Shown piece by piece: positions 58,220 to 64,000 of a DNA stretch of 64,000 nucleotides. The stretch's first letter is position 1. Each line of letters opens with the position of its first letter. A model generated the notes under the pieces. The model saw nothing but the letters and a program-made list of their open reading frames with translations. It had not been told where the DNA came from and ran no database searches. Where the stretch lies: contig JANOWE010000174.1 of NCBI GenBank assembly GCA_031417735.1, positions 2,358 to 66,357 on the forward strand, given 5' to 3'. The position numbers and the translations under genes were made by a program. The DNA comes from Betaproteobacteria bacterium. GTDB taxonomy: Bacteria; Pseudomonadota; Gammaproteobacteria; Burkholderiales; Burkholderiaceae_C.

Positions 58220-58289
58220 GTCCACGGCGCCTGAGCTGGCGCTGAAATCACGTCACGGCTGACGGGCCTTAATCCCGCCAGCCGGCAGA

Positions 58290-59267
58290 TCAGCTCTCGA
58301 TGCTGACCTTGCCCTCTTTCACCACCCTGGCCCACTTGGCAATTTCGCTGCTGATGAAGGCCTTGAACTTCTCGGGTGAGCCGCCGCCGTCTTCGGCGCC
58401 GTAGCTGTCCATGCGCTCCTGCACGTCGGGCATGGCCAGCACGGTGTTCACGTCCTGGTTGATCTTGGCCAGCACCGCCGGTGGCAGGCCCTTGGGGCCG
58501 GCCAGGCCGTACCAGGTGGTGGCATCAAAGCCGTCGAAGCCCTGCTCTTGCATGGTCGGCACATTCGGGTGGCCCTTGGCGCGCTTGGTGCGCGTTTGCG
58601 CCACGGCGATGACCTTGCCGCTTTTCACATGCGGCGTGGCTGCCGTCATGGTCTCGAAGCTGTAGTCGATCTGGCCGCCGATCAGGTCGATCAGCAGCGG
58701 GCCGCTGCCTTTGTACGGGATGTGCAGCGCATCGACCTTGGCCGCGAGCTTGAACATCTCCAGCGCCAGGTGCTGGGCCGAGCCCGGCCCGGCCGAGCCG
58801 AAGCTGATCTTGCCCGGCGCGGCGCGGCAGGCGTCGACCACCTCTTTCACCGTCTTGCCCTTGCTGGGGTGGGCGATCAGCAGGTTGGGCGTGACGCCCA
58901 CCAGCACGATGGGCACGAAGTCGCGCTCGGCGTTGTAGCGCAGCTTGGGCTGCAGGCTGGGCGCCAGCGCATGGCTGTTGATGTGCGCCATCAGCAGCGT
59001 GCTGCCGTCGCCGGGCTGCTGGGCCACGTACTCGGCGGCCAGCAGGCCGGCGGCGCCGGCCTTGTTCTCGACGTTGACCTGCTGGCCCCACATGCCGGTA
59101 AGCTTTTGCGCCACCACCCGGGCCAGCGCGTCGGTGCCGCCACCGGGCGGAAAGCCCACGATGATGCGCACCGGGCCAGCGGGCCAGCTTTGCGCACGAA
59201 GCAGCGGCGCGGCCAGCGGCAGCAGGGACGTGGCGGCAGCGGCCTGGATCAGGGTGCGGCGTTGCAT
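58290..59267 (-). CDS. Bug/TctC-family tripartite tricarboxylate transporter substrate-binding protein
   Basis: Tat-like MQRRTL; WPAGPVRIIVGFPPGGGTD; VENKAGAAG; HIPYKGSGP; DLIGGQID; WYGLAGPKGLP. Confidence 0.95.
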   Translation of the reverse strand: MQRRTLIQAAAATSLLPLAAPLLRAQSWPAGPVRIIVGFPPGGGTDALARVVAQKLTGMWGQQVNVENKAGAAGLLAAEYVAQQPGDGSTLLMAHINSHALAPSLQPKLRYNAERDFVPIVLVGVTPNLLIAHPSKGKTVKEVVDACRAAPGKISFGSAGPGSAQHLALEMFKLAAKVDALHIPYKGSGPLLIDLIGGQIDYSFETMTAATPHVKSGKVIAVAQTRTKRAKGHPNVPTMQEQGFDGFDATTWYGLAGPKGLPPAVLAKINQDVNTVLAMPDVQERMDSYGAEDGGGSPEKFKAFISSEIAKWARVVKEGKVSIES

Positions 59268-59297
59268 GGTGTGTCTCCGAACGGGTGGTGTGGGAAA

Positions 59298-60530
59298 TCA
59301 AGCCGCCGGCAAACCAGCCGGATGCTGCGCAAAATGGTCCATCGCCGCAGCCACGCCGCTGCCGGCCAGCGTCACGCCGGCCAGCTTCAGGCCCATCTCG
59401 GCGCCCGCCAGCATGGCCAGCAGCGTCAGGTCATTGCTGTCGCCCAGGTGGCCCAGGCGGAACATGCGGCCGCGCAACTTGCCGAGGCCGGTGCCCAGTG
59501 ACAGATCGAAGCGCTGGTGGATCAGCTGGCGCACCGCGTCGGCATCCACCCCGGGCGGGGTGATCACGCCGGTCAGCACCGGTGAGTACAAGGCCGGGTC
59601 GGCACACTGGATCGGCAGGCCCCAGGCGGTGACGCCCGCGCGCACGCCGGCGGCCCAGCGCTGGTGGCGGGCAAACACCTGGGGCAGGCCTTCGGCCAGC
59701 AGCATCTCCAGCGCCTCGGCCAGGCCGTAGAGCAGGTTGGTGCTGGGCGTGTAGGGCCAGTAGCCGTCGCGGTTCATGGCGATGATCTCGGCCCAGTCCC
59801 AGAACGCGCGCGGCAACGTGGCGGTCTTGGCCGCTGCCAGCGCGCGGGGTGAGACGGCATTGAAGCTGATGCCTGGCGGCAGCATCAGGCCTTTTTGGGA
59901 GCCGCTGATGGTCACGTCCACGCCCCAGTCGTCGTGGCGGTAGTCGGCGCTGGCCAGGCCGCTGATGCTGTCGACCATCAGCAGCGCGGGGTGCTTGACG
60001 GCGTCGATGGCGCGGCGCACGGCGGCGATGTCGCTGGTCACGCCGGTGGAGGTTTCGTTGTGCACCACGCACACAGCGCGGATCTGGTGGCCGCTGTCCT
60101 GGCGCAGCCTGGCCTCGATCTGCTCGGCCTGCACGCCCTGGCGCCAGCCGGCAGCGTTTGGCAGCACCTCGTCGGCGCCTGCATAGGCCAGAAACTCAGG
60201 CGCCAGGCCCAGCCGCAACGCCATCTTCTGCCACAGGCTGGCGAAATGGCCGGTCTCGAACATCAGCAGCGCGTCACCCGGGCTGCAGACGTTGCACAAC
60301 GCGGCCTCCCAGGCGCCGGTGCCCGAGGCGGGATAGACCACCACCGGATGCCGGGTCTGAAAAATCTGGCCCAGGCCGGCCAGGATCTGCAGCCCCAGCG
60401 CGCCGAACTCGGGGCCGCGGTGGTCGATGGTGGGCAGGCTGATGGCACGCAGGATGCGGTCGGGCACCGGGCTGGGGCCGGGGATCTGCAAAAAATGGCG
60501 GCCACGCGGATGCTTGTTCAAGGGAGACAT
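59298..60530 (-). CDS. Serine/alanine--glyoxylate aminotransferase-like (class V PLP enzyme)
   Basis: HFLQIPGPSPVP; SGTGAWEAAL; VHNETSTGV; VDSISG; SGSQKG (PLP Lys); PYTP; FRLGHLG. Confidence 0.92.
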   Translation of the reverse strand: MSPLNKHPRGRHFLQIPGPSPVPDRILRAISLPTIDHRGPEFGALGLQILAGLGQIFQTRHPVVVYPASGTGAWEAALCNVCSPGDALLMFETGHFASLWQKMALRLGLAPEFLAYAGADEVLPNAAGWRQGVQAEQIEARLRQDSGHQIRAVCVVHNETSTGVTSDIAAVRRAIDAVKHPALLMVDSISGLASADYRHDDWGVDVTISGSQKGLMLPPGISFNAVSPRALAAAKTATLPRAFWDWAEIIAMNRDGYWPYTPSTNLLYGLAEALEMLLAEGLPQVFARHQRWAAGVRAGVTAWGLPIQCADPALYSPVLTGVITPPGVDADAVRQLIHQRFDLSLGTGLGKLRGRMFRLGHLGDSNDLTLLAMLAGAEMGLKLAGVTLAGSGVAAAMDHFAQHPAGLPAA

Positions 60531-60555
60531 GCGACACCTTTCTGGGCCGCGAGTT

Positions 60556-60631
60556 TTGCATGCAATCCTGAAGCGTCTGGCGTGGATAACCCTGTACAAG
60601 CAGTTCTCCGGCTGCAAACTTTGCATGCAAA
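60556..60631. promoter_or_regulatory. Two TTGCATGCAA palindromes (60556-60565, 60621-60630) in the divergent promoter; probable GntR operators
   Basis: Read directly; located between the aminotransferase and the GntR gene. Confidence 0.65.
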
Positions 60632-60676
60632 ATAGGCATCGGCCCGCTTTGGCCAGGCAATTCAGGGTCGGAAACG

Positions 60677-61381
60677 ATGGCCGAGGTAATCCGCATGACC
60701 AGTGGCGCGCTGCACGCGCAGGTGGCGGCGCGTTTGCGCAGCGCGCTGATCGAGGGCCGCATCGCGCCCGGCGCCAAGCTCAACGAACGCGTGCTGGCCG
60801 AGCAGCTGATGGTCTCGCGCACGCCGCTGCGCGAGGCCATCAAGCTGCTGGCCGCCGAAGGCCTGGTCGACCTGCTGCCCAACCGGGGCGCGGTGGCGGT
60901 GCAACTGACCGAGGCCGATGTGCGCCACAGCTTTGAGCTGCTGGCCGGCCTGGAAGCGATGTCGGGCCAGTTCGCCGCGCAGCGCGCCAGCGATACCCAG
61001 CGCGCCGAAATCCGCGCCATGCATTACGAGATGATGGCCTGCCACGCCCGCGGCGACCTGCCCGGCTATTACGGCCTGAACGCGGCCATCCACAGCGCCA
61101 TCAACCAGGCGGCGGCCAACCCGGCGCTGGCGGCCACCTACCGCCAGGCCAATGCCCGCGTGCAGTCGCTGCGCTTTCGCAGCAACCAGAACAGCAGCAA
61201 ATGGGCGCATGCGCTGAAGGAGCATGGCCAGATGGTGGACGCGCTGGACGCGCGCGACGCCGACGGCCTTGGCCGCCTGCTGGTGCAGCATTTGCAGCAC
61301 AAGCGCGACACGGTTCTGGCGCTGATGGCCTCGGGCGCGCTGGCGTTGCCAAGCCTTGAAACCAGCTCGAGCAGCGCATGA
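60677..61381 (+). CDS. GntR-family regulator (FadR/FCD subfamily)
   Basis: PGAKLNERVLAEQLMVSRTPLREAIKLL; FCD domain with NAAIH and EHGQM. Confidence 0.93.
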   Translation: MAEVIRMTSGALHAQVAARLRSALIEGRIAPGAKLNERVLAEQLMVSRTPLREAIKLLAAEGLVDLLPNRGAVAVQLTEADVRHSFELLAGLEAMSGQFAAQRASDTQRAEIRAMHYEMMACHARGDLPGYYGLNAAIHSAINQAAANPALAATYRQANARVQSLRFRSNQNSSKWAHALKEHGQMVDALDARDADGLGRLLVQHLQHKRDTVLALMASGALALPSLETSSSSA

Positions 61382-64000
61382 ACACCGCCACGCTGACCCC
61401 CGCTCTGGGCACCACCCTGCCCCCCAACGAGGTCTGCGCCGACCTGGCCCGGCGCCTGCAGCGCGAAACCGGCGCAGAAATCCTGTTCGACGCCGCGTCG
61501 CGTGGTCGTTATGCCACCGACGCCTCGATCTACCAGATCATGCCCGCCGGGGTGATGGTGCCGCGCACCGAGCAAGACGTGGCCACCGCGCTGGCGTTGG
61601 CGGCCGAGCTGGGCGTGCCGGTGCTGCCGCGCGGTGGTGGCACCAGCCAATGCGGCCAGACCACCGGCGCGGCCCTGGTCATCGACACCAGCAAGCATTT
61701 GCGCCAGCTGCTGTCGGTGGACGCAGAGCGCAGGCGCGCCGTGGTGCAACCCGGCATGGTGCTCGACCATCTGAACGCCCAGCTCAAGCCCTTGGGGCTG
61801 TGGTTTCCGGTCGACGTGTCGACCAGCGCCCAGGCCACGCTGGGTGGCATGGCCGGCAACAACAGCTGCGGTTCACGCTCGCTGGCCTACGGCAACATGG
61901 TGCACAACGTGCTGGGTGCCCAGGCCTGGCTGGCCGATGGGGCGCTGCTGCACTTCGGCCCGGTGGCCGGGCTGGGCCCGCGCGAGGCGGCGATTGCCCA
62001 CTTTGTGCGCGACCTGGCGCGCCAGCACCACGCCGACATCGCCGCGCGCTGGCCGAAAGTGCTGCGCCGGGTGGCGGGCTACAACCTGGACATCTTCGAC
62101 AACCAGAACCAGCGCCCCTACACCGCCGACGGCAGCGTCAACCTGGCGCACTTGCTGGTGGGCAGCGAGGGCACGCTGGCCTTCACCCGCAGCCTGACGC
62201 TGCAACTGGCACCGCTGCCGCGCGCACGGGTGCTGGGCGTCGTCAACTTCAAGAGTTTCCGCGCGGCGATGAACGCGGCCCAGCACATCGTCAAGCTCAT
62301 GCCCACGGCGGTGGAACTGGTCGACCGCATCATGGTCGAGCTGGCGCTGGCCAATCCGGCCTTTGCGCCGACCATGCGCACCGCGCTGATCGGCCAGCCG
62401 GCCGCGATATTGCTGGTCGAGTTCTGCGGCGAGACCGGCGCCGAGCTGCTGCCGAAATTGAAACAGCTCAATGAGTTGATGGCCGACCTGGGCCATCCCG
62501 GCTGCGTGGTGGCCATGCCCGACGAGAGCCGGCAGAAAGCGCTGTGGGAGGTGCGCAAGTCCGGGTTGAACATCATGATGAGCCTGAAGGGCGACGGCAA
62601 GCCGGTGAGCTTCATCGAAGACTGCGCCGTGCCGCTGGAGCACCTGGCCGACTACACCGACGCGCTGAGCGAGGTCTTTGCCCGCCATGGCACGCATGGC
62701 ACCTGGTACGCCCATGCGTCGGTGGGCACGCTGCATGTGCGGCCCATCCTGGACCTGCGCCGCGACGGGCCCGACGGCGGCCTCAAGCGCATGCGCGCCA
62801 TTGCGGAAGAAGCCGCCGCGCTGGTGAAAAAATTCAAGGGCGCCTACAGCGGCGAGCATGGCGACGGCCTGTGCCGTGGCGAATGGATTGAATGGCAGTT
62901 CGGCCCGGCGATCAACCAGGCCTTCCGTGCCATCAAGCAGCAGCTGGACCCGAAAGCCCTGTTCAACCCCGGCAAGATCGTCGACCCGCCGAAGATGGAC
63001 GACGCGCGGCTGCTGCGATTTCCACCGCCGTCGGCGCCCTCGCCTTACCGCCGCATACCCATCACCCCGGCGCTGGACTGGTCGGCCTGGAACGTGCAGA
63101 ACGACCCGGTGACCGAAGCCACCGGCGCGCCCGGCAGCGGCGGCGACGTCACCGGTGGCCTGGCGATGGCGGTGGAGATGTGCAACAACAACGGCCATTG
63201 CCGCAAGTTCGATGCCGGTGCGATGTGCCCGAGCTACCGCGCCACGCGAGACGAGCTGCATGTGACCCGAGGCCGCGCCAACACGCTGAGGCTGGCGATC
63301 TCGGGCCAGATCGGCAGCGACGGCCTGGCCAGCGCCGAGGTCAAGGAAGCGCTGGACCTGTGCGTGGGCTGCAAGGCCTGCAAGCGTGAATGCCCCACCG
63401 GCGTGGACATGGCGCGGCTGAAGATCGAGGCCGCTGCCGCGCACCAGGCCCGCCATGGCCTGACCCTGGCCGACCGGCTGCTGGCCTACCTGCCCGACTA
63501 CGCCGCGCTGGCCGGCCGCTTGCCCTGGCTGGCCAATCTGCGCAACCGCGTGCCGCTGCTGGCAAGGCTGGTCGAGCGTTGGCTGGGCCTGGCCGCCAGC
63601 CGCGCCCTGCCCACCTGGCGGCGCGACAGTTTCTGGCGCGGCCTGGCCAAGGCCCAATACGACGGCCTGTTCGTCAGCCGCGAGGTGGCCATCGCCGCTG
63701 CGCGCGACGGGCAGAAGGTGGCGGTGCTGTTCGTCGACACCTTCAACGGCCATTTCGAGAGCGAGAACGCCTGGGCTGCCGCGCGCGTGCTGCGGGCTGC
63801 CGGCTATGTGCTGCACACGGTGGAAAAGCGAGGCGGCCACCACTGCTGCGGCCGCAGCTTTCTGGCCGCCGGCCTGGTCGATCAGGCCAAGGCCAGGGCC
63901 GGTGCGCTGGTGGCTGCGCTGGCGCCATTGGCCGATGCCGGCATCGACATCGTCGGGCTGGAGCCGGCCTGTCTGCTCACGCTGCGCGACGAGGCCTTGG
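61378..64000 (+). CDS. FAD-linked oxidase/4Fe-4S fusion (GlcD/GlcF-like, D-2-hydroxy-acid dehydrogenase family); 3'-truncated
   Basis: ATGA overlap with GntR; YATDASIYQ; PRGGGTSQCGQ; GSEGTL; GEHGDG; CNNNGHC; CPSY; LDLCVGCKACKRECP. No stop before the window end, so absent from the ORF track. Confidence 0.92.
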   Translation, partial: MNTATLTPALGTTLPPNEVCADLARRLQRETGAEILFDAASRGRYATDASIYQIMPAGVMVPRTEQDVATALALAAELGVPVLPRGGGTSQCGQTTGAALVIDTSKHLRQLLSVDAERRRAVVQPGMVLDHLNAQLKPLGLWFPVDVSTSAQATLGGMAGNNSCGSRSLAYGNMVHNVLGAQAWLADGALLHFGPVAGLGPREAAIAHFVRDLARQHHADIAARWPKVLRRVAGYNLDIFDNQNQRPYTADGSVNLAHLLVGSEGTLAFTRSLTLQLAPLPRARVLGVVNFKSFRAAMNAAQHIVKLMPTAVELVDRIMVELALANPAFAPTMRTALIGQPAAILLVEFCGETGAELLPKLKQLNELMADLGHPGCVVAMPDESRQKALWEVRKSGLNIMMSLKGDGKPVSFIEDCAVPLEHLADYTDALSEVFARHGTHGTWYAHASVGTLHVRPILDLRRDGPDGGLKRMRAIAEEAAALVKKFKGAYSGEHGDGLCRGEWIEWQFGPAINQAFRAIKQQLDPKALFNPGKIVDPPKMDDARLLRFPPPSAPSPYRRIPITPALDWSAWNVQNDPVTEATGAPGSGGDVTGGLAMAVEMCNNNGHCRKFDAGAMCPSYRATRDELHVTRGRANTLRLAISGQIGSDGLASAEVKEALDLCVGCKACKRECPTGVDMARLKIEAAAAHQARHGLTLADRLLAYLPDYAALAGRLPWLANLRNRVPLLARLVERWLGLAASRALPTWRRDSFWRGLAKAQYDGLFVSREVAIAAARDGQKVAVLFVDTFNGHFESENAWAAARVLRAAGYVLHTVEKRGGHHCCGRSFLAAGLVDQAKARAGALVAALAPLADAGIDIVGLEPACLLTLRDEAL

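Overview
High-GC window from a probable Burkholderiales betaproteobacterium (inferred from Bug/TctC, CreA, IclR/GntR and CoA-transferase content; taxonomy not verified). It is mostly accessory and metabolic. Contents in order: an SbcD/SbcC-like (YhaO/YhaN-type) pair; lipid, CoA and oxidative catabolism genes (flavin monooxygenase, ferredoxin reductase, WS/DGAT, thiolase-like protein, crotonases, acyl-CoA ligase, CYP153-like P450, epoxide hydrolase); a 1890-aa dual-lipase/CHAT protease; a three-gene c-di-GMP phosphorelay; an IorAB-type molybdoenzyme co-operonic with a SoxX/SoxY(AACIE)/SoxZ/SoxA paralogue module lacking soxB/CD; vapBC; a frameshifted DEAD-box helicase; a compositionally distinct ~7-kb island (Asp-box beta-propeller, PEP-CTERM protein, GDT1-like and MFS transporters) ending in an IS91-like remnant; and a GntR/aminotransferase/FAD-Fe-S oxidase locus. 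Non-coding structures found by eye: a ~163-bp MITE-like element, a dif-like 28-mer between convergent genes, a perfect 19-bp inverted repeat upstream of a catalytically degenerate tyrosine recombinase, and paired TTGCATGCAA operators. No rRNA, tRNA or CRISPR array was seen. All family assignments come from motif recognition by eye, not from database searches.
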